DNA of 49,826 bases, filler included, from Catajapyx aquilonaris (Eukaryota), in assembly GCA_000934665.2 (NCBI GenBank). It is 3 parts of 3 records of this genome, joined end to end, with 100 filler letters (N's around TTAATTAATTAA, not from the genome) between each part and the next. Parts side by side here need not be neighbours in the genome. Positions count along the whole stretch, not along the records: positions 1 to 16,645 come from JYFJ02007191.1; 2 more parts are not named here. One strand, given 5' to 3'. Position numbers and translations under genes: made by a program. Below, piece by piece: positions 1 through 13,069 of this stretch. The notes below the pieces were generated by a model. The model was not told the origin of the DNA, ran no database searches, and saw only the letters and a program-made list of their open reading frames with translations. Each line of letters opens with the position of its first letter. The first letter of the stretch is position 1.

Positions 1-506
1 GGGGGGCACGCTGCTGCCACGCCAACCGGATTTGTAACCCGGATTCCGTAATCGTGTTTGACCAGAGTATCCTACTCACAAGGAGGATCCGATGTGGTGG
101 GGAGGGGGGGGGGGCACAATTTTTCAGGATGACCTTATTTCCAAGGCTGGATGCTGCTTTAACCACATAAGCCATAAGGTTGTCTACTTTTTGTCTGTGC
201 GGATCTTCACCGAAAAACAACCTCTTTAGCCAATCAGATATCTCGAAATGAGGCAGCTCTCGAGATATATTGGCAATAAATGTTGCTTGTATACACGGGA
301 TACGGTCAGGAATAGTAAATCTTGTGCACTGCAGGTGCAGTACTTTTTTACTGTACAGGGTGCAACAACCTTACATTAGAGACAGCCAAATTTTCAATAA
401 TGATCATAATGTGAATGAATTAAATTAATAATAATTAGAGGAATGTAACTGAATGTTACAATTTTGCATTTTTGTATTTTCACAATTATTTGTTAGTGTG
501 AAAATA

Positions 507-882
507 CAGGGTGTTCCAAATTCGTGGGTAGTTTTGTTACACAGTTCAATTCGGCTATAACGGACTCGAAAGGCCGGTCCAGGAATACTTCTATATATGG
601 CTTTTGTATTCGGCTATAACAGACTGATTTCCGCGGTCCCTTGAAGTCTGTTATATCCGGATTCTACTGTAACTGATATCGCCCAATAGTAGTTATTTTT
701 GAGTAGCTTGTTCTGCCCCGCTCAAGGTTCCCCCATTACTCCAAGGGCGTCGAATATAGCAGCTATAAAATGGAGCACCTGGTTTAGGGGGCCCAACAAG
801 CTACAAAAAAAAAACAGCTCCGAGCAAAATTTCCTATAACTAAAAACGCTGTAAAAACGACCCACCAACTTGGAACACCCTG
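507..882. mobile_element. Tc1/mariner-type MITE carrying a nested Tigger-like MITE
   Basis: TA|CAGGGTGTTCCAAATT at 505 and AACTTGGAACACCCTG ending at 882 form TIRs. Confidence 0.7.
542..669. mobile_element. Short pogo/Tigger-like MITE
   Basis: CAGTTCAATTCGGCTATAAC...GTTATATCCGGATTCTACTG|TA; related to ends at 18537-18590 and 27508/29576. Confidence 0.7.
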
Positions 883-1717
883 GTATATTCCGCTCCAGTC
901 TAGCCTCAGTGTGTAATAACCAGCAATTGGTCCAGAATTTCAATCAAATCCAAAATCGCACCAAACGTCTGAAATTCAAATTAGACATGATAAACGCATT
1001 AACACGTCATAAACGGCAAAAACCTGGGCTTCTCAGCCATAAATCAATCCCTAGACACTAACTACTCTTTTCCTGTGATGACAAGAGCTTTTAGGGCCCA
1101 AATAAAATTATTGAAATTTTAGGCCTTCGCCGTTTGGAAATGCAGTAAGACACCCATAAAAACAATACGGTTATGACACGGAAGCCCTTAAAATCAACGG
1201 AATCTCCCGAAATATTCCCGGTTTTTGACGACCGCATTTCTTTTATTACACTGCCCATGAGGAAATATATCCTCAATAGCACCCCCCTACTTTTTGGGGG
1301 AAACTTTTAACAGGGAGTTAGATAGACGCATTATTTGAGAAACGTCACCTTAGGAGAAGTCACGCATCAACGTAACCACGTTCAGTTACTGCCTCTCCTC
1401 TAGTTGGACAGATAAGCCTTATATGGATTCCAATTTCACAGGGTTGCGTTTATGAGCAAATGTAATATGAGTCGGAGTGTCACGCTGTCACCGGGAAGCA
1501 GACGCATTAGCAGAAGGCTGGGGGAAGGGGAGGAGGATGAAGGAGAAGGGGGGGTTCAAATTAGCCACATCTCTGGCCTGTTTGCTGACAGCTCCCTCCT
1601 TGCTGAGATTGCAGATATGGAAAAGATATTCTCAGAAAAGGTCACTCATAGCCTATACGGTACAGCGTGTATCTCATGTGATTATACAGTTGGTAGTGAT
1701 AAAAAAGGGAGCGTCAA

Positions 1718-1852
1718 GTTTACTGTCACACACACTTTGAGAAATGACAGTTACACCACGTGGGTGCCGCCATATTTGATTTTGATCGGAACAAATATGG
1801 CGGCACCCACGTGGTGTAACCGTCATTTTTCTAAATGTGTGTGGCAGTAAAC
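1718..1852. mobile_element. Near-perfect 135-bp hairpin (MITE-like)
   Basis: GTTTACTGTCACACAC...TTACACCACGTGGGTGCCGCCATATTTG is mirrored by CAAATATGGCGGCACCCACGTGGTGTAA...GTGTGTGGCAGTAAAC. Confidence 0.75.
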
Positions 1853-1897
1853 ATTATGCCAGCTTAAGGTTTTTATTTATTTATTCATGTATAATTT

Positions 1898-2362
1898 ATG
1901 TGTGATGTGAAGGAGACTGTTAAAGATAAGGTGTGTAGGTCTACTCTAAGATGGTTTGGCCATGTGGAGAGGATGAAGGAGGAGGAGATTGTGATGAAGG
2001 TTTATTTGGGTGGAATCGTGGTAATAGGGGCAAGGGCAGGCCTAGGAAGACATGGTTGGACCAGGTGGGTCAGTGTCTTAAGGGTGTTGCTAATGGTAAG
2101 TCTAGACGTTCATGTGTCAATAGGACCATGGACGTGGACGAGGCTAAGGTTGTTTGTTTGGATATGTGTAAATGGCGTAGGTTGATTAATGGGGGTGAGT
2201 AATAGAGGAGGAGGGAGGACACAGGGAGGGGGTGGGACGGGTAGTTTATAATTTTATTTTTACAAGTTTTAATTTAGTTCATATGTGGGGTTAACTAGCT
2301 AACTAGCGTCTCCCTTCATCGGTGACTACCCCTTATAGGGAAATGTGATGTTGTTGTTGTTA
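1898..2362 (+). mobile_element. 5'-truncated RTE-clade LINE 3' end with (GTT)n tail
   Basis: LRWFGHVERMKEEEIVMKVY, frameshift, then GNRGKGRPRKTWLDQV...MDVDEAKVVCLDMCKWR; the 3' UTR recurs inverted at ~16425-16530. Confidence 0.85.
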
Positions 2363-3049
2363 TTTATTTTTATTTTAGTTTCCCCATTGTAGGGCGGGGA
2401 CACGGACTGCAGACACACGTAATTAATTACAATCATTTAACCAACAGTAAGGTATGTTTTTTATAACCCACGTGATGTGAACTAGCACAAGAGGACCGTA
2501 ATGGACAAGGAAAATTGCAAGATTTTTAAACACCAACATTGATTACGGAGTTAACAAAGCTGAATCCCTCATTTAGGAAAGAGTGTTAAGCGAAATAGAT
2601 TCAAGTCCAGTTTATGGGTCTAGCCACACATTTCTTCTGGCCAGCTGCCCATAAAATTACCTTGAACCCTTTGAAGTGACGCCCTTTTCTAAGTCAGTAT
2701 CCCGTTAAATGTCAGGTAAAATCGTCAAAAACCTTTGAGCACTGGGTGTTTTGCGACCTATTTCTATATAACCGTCTAGGTTACGTGGAGCAACACATTT
2801 CAAGAAGTCAACATTTTATGGCACATGTTGTAAAGAATCGAATCAAAGCCTCATAAGGAACTATCTGACCATTTGAGTAAAGACCGAAATGTCTAGGGAA
2901 ACTCAAGAAAGAGTCAGATTGCAACCAGAGACAAATGATTTTCATCAGAAATTACAACTGGCAAGTCTTTCAAGGCACCCTACAAAAAAGGGGACGCCTG
3001 TGCCAAGGTAACGTGTAGTAAGTAGAGTCTGCCAACGCAATCAGAAGAA

Positions 3050-3570
3050 CAAGTATCCTTGGCAGCCGGAAATCACTTTTCGCCAATCTTCCCTTCCACA
3101 GAGAAAAAAAGAAGATGGTTTTAGTGCACTTTATCCCCAAGCATTTTGAAATTTAGGACGTGCCCGCCACCAGTAAAGTGCGTCAAAAAGTTGAAAGCTG
3201 ATTCGTGATATATCCAGGAAGCACCCCCCTCTAAAGAACTCACTCACCCTACCCCTAAAGATCCCAGTGGCTGTTGCCAAATCAATATCTCCACTCGCTT
3301 AAATCTGACACTTTATAACCCTTGCCAAGTTTCGCTGCTGTGTAGCTGAAGCAGATGCTCCAGAAAGACGGGGGATTAAAAATGGCCACTGTTTGATTAG
3401 AACTTACAGTCCATAGAGGTCGTCACCAGCCCACACCAAAACGGGGTGGTGGCCTACCTTTCAGGTACCTGGTACCTGTGTTGGGTATGCCTTACTGTAA
3501 GTGCAATCTGAAACTAAATAACAGGCTGTATGAATATGTTCTAATATAACAGAGTCGGTTGCTGACAGCT
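3050..3570 (+). mobile_element. Possible highly decayed I-clade LINE RNase H / CCHC remnant
   Basis: KKMVLVHFIPKHFEI resembles the RNase H WxPxH motif; C..YC...ET-like remnant near 3490-3520; many stops. Confidence 0.3.
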
Positions 3571-5473
3571 TCCAAAATGCCACCCATTACTCCCCACCAC
3601 CCCTGACATTACCAATACATCCAGGGATGAAAACTGACATTTTGACCCACTTTGACCAATATCTCTTCAGACTCCTGCTATTACGTTTCCCCAACCCCAT
3701 TTGTGGAGAAATAAGTGCGCTCTCTCGGAGGGTGCTTATGTCCGCCTGCTGTCATCTAGACTAAGAGACGTCAAAAGTTGGAGGGGGGGGGGGTGCAGTC
3801 GATGGTAAAGGAGGGGGGGGGGGCTTCTACCCCTCCAACATCCCAATCCGGAGAAGACCCCAAAGTCGTACCGGAATTCGCCCTTCCTCCCCCGTAATTC
3901 CGAGGGAGAAATGCCCTCTTAATGCGTCTAATGGGAGCCCCATTAGGTTCGGAAATAGGCACATGTATCGGTGGGGGGCACTTCCTTTTTAGCGTTAGGG
4001 GAATCGTCAGCGCCTCTTCAGGGACCCTAGTAAACGTGTCACCATGAATATATTTGCTTTCAAGATGGTCTTAGAATTAACAAGATGGGACATCCTGTAG
4101 ATCCTGTCATGTTGCTGGTTCTCTGCATGGTGCAAACCACGTGGCTTGCCCTCAGCAGCCAAATGTTTCAAAATACATCAGAGACATCAGGTTACATGTA
4201 CCGACCCGGAACCAGGCTCTCGATTAATAATAAATAACAAAACCATACGCAACCCCAACCCCCAGCCAACCGTCAAACCCGCCACGTCAAGCAAGTCCTC
4301 CGAATGTTTAGGCCCCCGAAACTAGTGTCCCCCCCCNCCCGTTCTCCCTAAAGCCCTAGGAAGTGCGCCACTCGGATTGGGTGTCCCAAATTGGCGGCCA
4401 TTAGGCTGGCATAAGGACAAGCCTGTGCCTGTGTGCGGGTGAGCGCCGAGAGGCAAGCATCGCCGACAGGCGGCTCTGCATTATGGATGACGCATGGCGG
4501 CACAAAGGGAGCCCTGCGGTCACTTTATGCCAGAGTCCTCTGCCGGCTGAGGTTTTCCTCATTGCTCCCCAAGTACCACTACGACATCAAAACTCCGCCC
4601 AGACATCAAAGACGCCGCCTCCGCTCAATTATTCACCCAAATACGATCGGCAAGGGATTTTCTCCATCGTCGCATATTTTGGATGCTCACGTAGATTGGG
4701 ACTCTCCAAAACCAGCCCAGCGGGTTGTAAGAGGGAGGCTATGGCAGGGGGGGGGGGGGAGGAGCAGGGGGGTTCGACGGACTTTATGCCGCGCTAACCA
4801 TCGAATTATAACTCTCGGGGCTGTCTCTCAGGACACGACCCAACTTCATATTGCATGCTTCCGAGTGATGGGAAATTGCAAAATGCATAGACTTTGCTGC
4901 GAGCAATTTGGCCCCGATTCAGGGTGGGAGCTATATTTATATGTGATGATGGGGGAGGGGGGAAAAGGGTGGGTGGAGTGGCGAGTAGTTTCGCCTTTCT
5001 GACTTGCTTTGTCTTTCTCTTATTAGGCACTTTTTTGTCTGGAGGCCGACGGAACAAAGAGACGAAGTATGAAGTTAAGCATGCTGCTATGCACAGGCTT
5101 AATCCAACACTTGTAATATTTCAGCACATTAATTAGTCTATTTTGCAGAGCAAGTGGTGGCACTGCATATACTGTGGCCCGTGAAGATACCCTACCAACA
5201 GTGTTCAACAATCTAAAATTAGCCTATAATCTCTAAACCAGCTACTTTTTCGACTCATCATTAAAACGTTACTTTTGACATTAATCCAGAGAACCATTGC
5301 CATGAGTACATACATGCGGAAGATTCCCAGATTTTTGTGTTTGCATTTGATATCATATCAAATTACACAACATGCCGCCTTGACATTGTTTAGCTATTCA
5401 CATCCACATCAACCACTTTGAACTTCCTTGCAAAAGTTACTCTTGGTGTGAGTCAACTTGAATTGCCCTAAAT

Positions 5474-5831
5474 CATGGTCTTAGAATACTAAGGTCTGGA
5501 CACTCCCTCTTATCGCCTGCTGGGGTGCTCACTTGAGAGCGCCATGAGACAGCTTTTCGCTGCTGTATTATGTGGCGACCCTACCGGACTACGCTGAACT
5601 AAGATAGAAGAGAAGCCGCTACATGCGGGCCCAACATGGCCGCCGGCGACCATTATGGGTCCCCCAATGTAGCGCTACCTTTTTGTACCTATAAAGTTCA
5701 GCGTAGTCCGGTAGGGTCGCCACATAATAGCGCCGTGAAAGGTCTCATGGCGCTATCAGGTGAGCATATACCTCATGGAAAACGCCCCGGGAGGCGATAA
5801 GATAAGATTGAAGGGAAAGTGTCCGGGGCTG
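5474..5831. mobile_element. hAT-type MITE, copy 1
   Basis: CA...TG termini, 8-bp TSD CCCTAAAT on both sides, long internal palindrome; second copy at 10119-10437. Confidence 0.9.
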
Positions 5832-5944
5832 CCCTAAATGCTCCAGAAAATATAGCTTTTAAGCACTCATTGTAGCGTTCATGTAGGCCTACGTTATTAT
5901 TTTAATATCGAAATTTTCACAATACAAGAAGGTTTACTCTGCAG

Positions 5945-6045
5945 TGGTTGGTAACAGCAGTAAGGAAGACATGTCTGGACCAGGTGGGTGAGTGTCTAAA
6001 GTGTGTCAAGAGGACCGTGACATGGTTTGCTTAGGTGTAAGTGAC
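5945..6045 (+). mobile_element. Degenerate RTE LINE fragment
   Basis: AGGAAGACATGTCTGGACCAGGTGGGTGAGTGTCT matches 2044-2080. Confidence 0.6.
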
Positions 6046-6120
6046 AAACTACTGGTGTAACTGTTTACAGTTATTGCATTTGTCATTTGACTCAGGCGAT
6101 GATACTCCATAATTATAATA

Positions 6121-6452
6121 TACCAAGATGGATAAACAGAGTATGGTGGCCAAACTCGGGCCGTTTTCTCTCTACGGCGCGGCGCGGCGGTGTGATTGTG
6201 ATGTAATGTCTGGCCGCCAGAGGTGCTGCTGTGCTATCAGGGTCTAAATCTGAGCGCATGCAATGGCTGATATAGGCAGAATGTGCGTTTGGGGCTCTGT
6301 TTGCGGAACATCATTTTCCTATGCTAGTCCATAAAAGCGCGGGAAATATCGGCCCCGACGCTCCAGTGGCTCCGCCAGTGGCTGGACCCACTTCAGTATT
6401 CTACCGTATCGAGGGAGTTTGGCCACAATACTGTGTTTATCCATCTTGAATA
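6121..6452. mobile_element. MITE with ~35-bp TIRs
   Basis: CAAGATGGATAAACAGAGTATGGTGGCCAAACTC and GAGTTTGGCCACAATACTGTGTTTATCCATCTTG, in TA-rich flanks. Confidence 0.75.
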
Positions 6453-7528
6453 TACATATCCTCTTTGAAGGAAAAGTCGTGATGTATTTGATTGATTGAT
6501 TGAGTGATTGATTGATTGAAGTTTGTTTGCGCGTGGTAATAATATTGAATGAGAATGACATAAACCTCTTGCATTGTCATACATGTATTAAAACCGCGAG
6601 TCATGCATGCAAAGGTTCCGGCAGGCTTTTCCCCCCACTAGAATATGAAACTACACTCTATTGATTTATATGAGACTTTCGAGTGTTGCCGAACGGCCGC
6701 ATATTCATCTAATAGATTATTTCCATCTGCGTACTGTTGTTGTATTGGGACTGTTCATAAATTTTGTCTGAAAATATTGCGTATCTTCATGACAAACTAT
6801 TACGGTACAACAATTGATGAGACCATATAGTTCTGCTTTCTTCTCTTTTCATGACTTCCAACCTAAAAATTCCATCAGGAACCATCCTTAGAATTTGGAC
6901 TGATAGTGAAGCTGCTCAACGGCCCACATGATTGTATTGGAATGTCTAAACGTTTGCCTTTCCACTTTTCAAGTGACAGTCACGTCTACCACTTTCACTA
7001 GAATTTTTCCACCTTCACGTCAAACTTTGAAAGGTTCAGCGAGCTTACTTTTTTTCCCTTAATTTTATATTGCTAGGGCTTAATTAGCTGAGATGAAATT
7101 TGGGGGTAACGTGGACGAGTGACACGTACGCCGCGTACTGAAAAGGCTCCCTTTAAGTGGTTGGCCAAGCTCACACCGAGTTTCTTAACCCGGCTCCTCT
7201 ATTTTTCTCACCTCCAGAAAACTTTCCTCCACCGGCGGAAGATTAATATGCGGGAGATCCATCACCACCCCGACCGTGTTGACATCATTCCGCCATAAAA
7301 GCTCGGAAAGTGTCACCAAGCACCGACAGCAGCCCTATGCATAGCATCAATCGCTATCGGGATTGGCTACGGATAATATAGTCTCATATGAAGAGTTTCC
7401 TCAAAATTGAGCACATATGAGGTCATGTGGCAGGTTGAATTATTTTGGTTTGACTGTTCCTCGTGTCTAAATAAATTAACCGAGAATGACTAGCGTCCTA
7501 CATATAGGACACTTCTAATTTTTTTAGA

Positions 7529-7770
7529 TTTTAGACTTTTCCTCATCGAAAAAAAGTCTTATAGAACGGCTCTGTCCGTCCGTCCGTCTGTGGACAGGTA
7601 TCAGGGCCTAACCGCAAGCAATAACGACAAACGGTTTTCGGATTTTGATTAAGGGTGACCTAAGTATGTTTCAAGCTGACCCACCACTTCCGGTTTTCCA
7701 GGTTCACTCTATCCGCACAAATCTACTTTACGGGCGGGTTATCGTTGGATTTCGAAATTAGTGTCCATGG
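7529..7770 (+). mobile_element. DINE-1/HINE-like (Helentron-associated) element; right end approximate
   Basis: T-run start, subterminal hairpin AGACTTTT...AAAAGTCT, then (TCCG)n-TCTGT microsatellite. Confidence 0.55.
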
Positions 7771-8005
7771 ATTCTTGACCAAGTGGGTCAGGGAATTACC
7801 AGGGATTTACTTGGCGCTCTGGCACAGGGGCTGTGGAATTATTAATTCCTGAAGTTGGACATGTTTGCGATGAGCATTCTCGGCCTCCATGATGTTATCG
7901 CCCAAACCCGATACTGGAATCGATAAGCTGGCTAGGTTACGATATCTCGGTATCGATATATTGATTCACATGCTCATACTTGAAAGAATGAGAAAAAGTC
8001 TCATC

Positions 8006-8399
8006 CAGGGGCGTAACTATACCAAGTGCATGTTGTGCTACTGCACAAGGGCCCCCGGGCAAAGCCCCCCCCCCNCCCCCCCCCCCCCGAATTCTGCGAC
8101 GAGTTTTAGAAAAATGGGAGGAAATCCACAAACCCATAACCATAATATGCATTTAATGAACCTATAAGTTACGGAAAGTGATGTAATGTGTAAGTTACTA
8201 GTGATATGTATCCAAAGATGCCACCGGACTGTATTTTTTCGTTGTTTATGGATATCCATATACACTACTTGCTGCAACTATATAACTATTTTTGTGCAAT
8301 TATCTCCAAACTTGTTTTTTTTGTGATATTCAGCGGGATTGTGGGCTGTGCGAACCCCCTCCCCATTCGGCCTAGGCCTCAGGGCGGGGTTAATAAGCC

Positions 8400-8449
<50 letters not shown>

Positions 8450-8551
8450 GTGAATGGTGATATGTGCAGGACGAGGGATGAGGTGGAGGGGGCTCCGCGT
8501 CCCCGCATACTTTTCTGCACAAAGGGTCCCAATAATCTTGTTACGCCTCTG
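8006..8551. mobile_element. hAT-type MITE with a nested retro-tail and (ATT)n
   Basis: TIRs CAGGGGCGTAAC / GTTACGCCTCTG; perfect 8-bp TSD GTCTCATC. Confidence 0.9.
8400..8449. repeat. (ATT)n microsatellite; similar runs at 13015-13069, 18339-18404, 20864-20918 and 22623-22679
   Basis: Read directly; several are SINE tails. Confidence 0.95.
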
Positions 8552-10086
8552 GTCTCATCGGATCACGCTCGAGTGATTTGCCCATCTTGTTTAGTCATTA
8601 TGTTAGTTCATTGGCTCATTAAAATATTAAAAAAAAATAAACAACAAAAAATTCAAGCACATCTGAGTTAAAAGCATCCTGGTAATTATAGTGGATATTA
8701 CTTCACACGAGTCTCAGCCTGATCTTTCCTGGATACAGATGATCTAATTAATCCGCTAATTATTCACACCGAATAACTAATTCGTCTCATACCTTCCTAA
8801 TTTATTCCCTGGCTCATCCCCTCTAATACATTTTTGACTACTAATTTCTCCTGACTACTCCATCCAACTTAAAATCATGAGTAGTGTGACTTTTCTTCGA
8901 TTTCCCTGAAAGAAAAAGAGTTTGGCTATTCGAAAGCGAAGGCAGCTGAGACCCAGATCCTTTTACCCATTTAATCCATCGGCATCGCAACCGTATTTTA
9001 TTTAACGAGCAAGGAGCCAGAGCGAACCAACCTGAGTAATCAAGTGAAGCATCCGACTTTTCTTCCGTGGCGAATCTAGCCAGCTTTACAGCACTTTCCC
9101 TTGGGTTAGCGGGACAGGAAGGAAACATCACGTTTTTTCGCTGCCAACTCCCCCTACCAACAGCACAAAAAATGAGCACTGGAGTTTCCCTCCAGGACTC
9201 CATCTTTATCTTATCGGGATAGGGAGAGGGGGGGAGTCTTCCCACCCCCACCCACCAAATGGCGAATCCCCAAAATTATTGGTCATCTTTTTCCCTCCAC
9301 TTTTCTTCTCAGCTGCATTTTATTGGCGAGAGGCCAGTCTGCTGGACTTAGCTAGGGGGTAGGGGGTAGAGGGGGGGGGCAGGGGCATAAAGAAGAGACT
9401 GCGATTTCCCTGTCTTCTGGACCCCCCAACTCGTCACTTCTTTTCGAGAGGAGGGATGGACTCCTTTTAAGCAGCCGACGCCAGATTGCGCACTTTCTAA
9501 CAGGGACCTGAAATGACATATCTCTTCTATAGGAGGATGGATATGGATTCTTAGATATTGGATGAGAGAAAATTCAAGTTGAAAAAAAAACCGCTTAATA
9601 AACAAGTTCCTTTATGAGTTAGAGTGGGATATCCTTATTCGTTAACCACTTTGCCATAGCAATCCCCTCGAATCCAGAGAGTGGTAGGTAACTTCCTCCG
9701 GGGAGCTCCATCCCTGTAGCCTTTTTACTGAATCTCTTACCCGGACGCAAGACTCAATCCGAAGAGCAATCCGGGTAGAGTCCTGGAGACAGGCCTTGGC
9801 CATAGCCAAGACTATTTCCTGCCGGCTGCAGTGTATAAAAGTAGGGTTCAGGGGTATCCAATTACGCAGGGAATGGCAGGCCGAGGCTGGCAGAGGCCCG
9901 GATTTCGTTTCCATGACGGCGACATAAAAGTGGTGTCAGGTGCATACCGATTGTTATTTTGGTAGTGGTAGGGGGTAGGAAGGGGGATGGTGGGAGTTGG
10001 GGGAAAAGCAACCAGCAGCTCTTATTTTACTGGGATGAGTCAGACACTTGTGCCACGTCATGGCTGTCATATGACCAATACAGAAG

Positions 10087-10598
10087 CAATGCTCAATTGT
10101 GCCGTCATAAGGCGAAACCATGGTCTTAGAATACTAAGGTCTGGACACTCCCTCTTATCGCCTCACTTGAGAGCGCCATGAGACAGCTTTTCATTGCGCT
10201 ATTATGTGGCGACCCTACCGGACTACGCTAACTAACGTAGAAGCATGGCCGCCGGCGACCATGTTGGGTCCCCCAGTGTAGCGTTTCCCTTTTGTACCTA
10301 TAAAGTTCAGCGTAGTCCGGTAGGGTCGCCACATAATAGAGCAGTGAAAGGTCTCATGGCGCTCTCAGGTGAGCACCTCATGCAAAACGCCCCGGCAGGC
10401 GATAAGATAAGATTGTAGGGGAAGTGTCCGGGGGCTGGGAGAAACACACTTTCTCCAAAACTAGTAAGGGTGAAGGTCTCGCGCACGCCCTGCACTAATC
10501 CCCCCTTGACTGATTAGTGCAAGTCATGCAGGCGACTTTCATCCTTACTAGTTTTGGAGATAGTGTGTTTCTCCTTGGGACGGCACAATTGTGCAATG
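10087..10598. mobile_element. Palindromic MITE hosting hAT copy 2
   Basis: After removing 10119-10437, the left arm CAATTGTGCCGTC..AAGG.GAAACACAC..CTCCAAAACTAGTAAGG mirrors 10540-10598. Confidence 0.8.
10119..10437. mobile_element. hAT-type MITE, copy 2
   Basis: Homologous to 5474-5831; TSD GGCGAAAC/GGAGAAAC (one mismatch). Confidence 0.9.
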
Positions 10599-10611
10599 AA
10601 TAGTACTGTAC

Positions 10612-10958
10612 TGATGTATCAGGTAAAGCTTTAGTAGTGTGAAAAATCGGAGTCCCATACTTTTGGTACAGTAACCACAACGGAGTCCCATACCTATTCG
10701 GATATAGTAGACCAGAGTCCTACGCCAGATAATTCCTCACAATATTTTAACGATTTTGACGACTTTAACGAAAGTTTCACGTTAAACTATCGTCTCAATG
10801 GTATAATAGTCGTTACACTTTTTGACGTGAAATTAACTCTAAAAATCGTGAAATTGATGTTAAAATTCGTTAGATCATCTGGCGTGGGACTCTGGTCTAT
10901 ATCCGAATAGGTATGGGACTCTGAATTTTCACACTACTGGCTTTACCTGCTACCATCA
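10612..10958. mobile_element. Palindromic MITE, possibly two nested
   Basis: Outer arms CAGGTAAAGC..AGTAGTGTGAAAA..GAGTCCCATACCTATTCGGATA; inner TAGACCAGAGTCC.ACGCCAGAT arms at 10708-10899. Confidence 0.75.
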
Positions 10959-13014
10959 CTATGTCAGTCATCAACAAGGTGAGTCCGAAATAAGCTGGCC
11001 ATATTTGTATCTTGTATACAGCATTTTAGAAACGAAGTGGTATATGCTACAAACATGTCTGCGAATATTACTCTCTTTGGAAGCTGGGTATAAACATCCG
11101 GCATGAATACTTTTCCTCTGGTTTCAAAATTCAAAAGGATGGACTTTTTTATTAGTAAGCTGGATTCGCTCGCTTCCCCAGCCAGCAACGCGTCTATTCA
11201 AGTTGCGCATAATATGTGAGGGATATGGACCATATTTCTTGGCCAACCTAGTTAGGCCACTATGCATCCTGACTGGAATGTGTTGGGAACCACAATTTTC
11301 CTCTCTGCGTTCTAGAGTTTAAAAAAAAAATCCAGGGGTCGGACTGGGCTTAAAAGTCGCCTCCCTCACCTTTTTGGTCCTGGAGGCTGCAGTCACAAAG
11401 GGGGACAAGGGCAGCGCATGAAGACGCAGCAGCTGGAATTCCAAACATATGCTAATGCAACCCTCTTATCTCTGACTGCGGAAAGCCGAGCGAATCAACT
11501 AAGATGGAGGACCAGTCAAATTGACATAGTGCGAGCTGTACTGGCTTCCGCGCTTCACCTTCCAGCCTAAATCCCCGGATAACTGGATGGATGCCTTAGA
11601 AACGAGCATCCGGGACAGTCACATTTAGGTTAGATATTTTCCACTCCAGGTTTGGTCATCTCAAAGCGGAGGTAATAGGAAATTTTGGTTACGTTGCACG
11701 CCGCTTCTGGCGCTAGGTACTTCATCAAAGGTACGAAGAAATGTCAGATCTCAAAAGTACCGTTTGCTCGTATAGGATTTGTAAATATTTGTCCCATAAA
11801 TCAACATGGCGACACCCTGTCCTCCATTACGTACTATCAATATTTATAGTTGGTAAAATCACTACCGAATACCGTTGCGATGAATGGTCTAGTCTAACCA
11901 GTTATAATTAAGCTATGTAGTTTGCACAACTTTGAAATTCTAGCTGACCAACCTAACTGCAAGGCAGCCCGAGATTCGCAGTGCTAAGATGGTTCTGGTG
12001 TTGGATTTTGCCGGTGCAATGCTCTGCTGGGGAAACCATATTTAATCATTTGATAAGTTCAGGTATAATGCACAATGCGGGGAGTAGGGGCTTTACACTG
12101 CAGGTCTGTCTCAGCATCTATTCCACGGATTTGGCTTAGTTAGTGTTATAGTCTAAGCCGAGTACAATTCGTGAGGTTCTCGAGGTTTGGATGGTCTCAC
12201 TTTCTTATTTTCTGTTTTTTACTCAATTGTGAGGATTTATTACATCATAATGTCATATAGTTGAAGGTCTTCTTGATTTGGAGACACTTATTGTCATCCG
12301 ATATCCCACTAATCACTTGATCCCAATTAGCCAACATGGTAACTGTTGCTACATTTTTGCTCCTCATTAGCTAACCAACGTGGGTATTACCTTTCAAGAA
12401 GACTTTCAACTATACCAAAGTAGTTCAAGTCAGACATAGGATTCTATAATTATCCACTAAATTCATGAAGACACCGAGTGTTCTAAAAAAAGGAACATTG
12501 AGTGATGTCCAATTATCCGTGGCCATAGAACCACCACAGTCGCTAGACTTAATCCTTCCTGATACTTTTTGTCGTGCTATCTTCAGAAAAAAAAAATCCG
12601 GGACAAATCTGGAACAAGTGGAAGCTTTGAGAGAAGAAACTGACTAATTACAAGTGACATCTAGTAAATTGACAGCGGCATAACAGAAATGTACCAGGGT
12701 CGTGTTCAAGTCAAGTCCATTCATTAGCACATATTAATGTTACATCACACACGAACACATGCGATAAACAATTATACCACTGAAAGTGCACTGATCAATT
12801 CAGTAGCTTTCGTCTGTTAGTACCAAGATTATCCTAAACCCTAAAAGCCTTAATCTCGCTTTATACCGATAGCCGGGTTACTAGGTTAACCTGAAAGGTT
12901 ATAGCAGCAAAGTATTTGAATTGCTAATTAAACCACCGCAGCAGGAACATGCAATTCGATTGATCTGACCTCCCCCTGGCACTGGAAGCAGCTGATAATA
13001 TTTAATATCGTAGC

Positions 13015-13069
<55 letters not shown>

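Larger units (their letters stand above)
8840..11500 (-). mobile_element. Ancient I-clade LINE ORF2 remnant (RT + RNase H) split by MITEs
   Basis: In the expected order on the minus strand: YGP/ISLT (YRPISL, ~11215-11235), VIFADMFVAY, LYTAAGR/SLGYG (LYxAxIRSxLDYG), RIALRI, and FPS...ESAVKLARFA (RNase H tail). Confidence 0.55.

Noticed and set aside
7211..7335. Minus-strand exon ending GAG|gtgaga
   Set aside because: No convincing acceptor or recognisable peptide.
8206..8671. Poly-I/N/L ORFs (also 12899-13201, 20748-21059)
   Set aside because: Translations of (AAT)n microsatellites.
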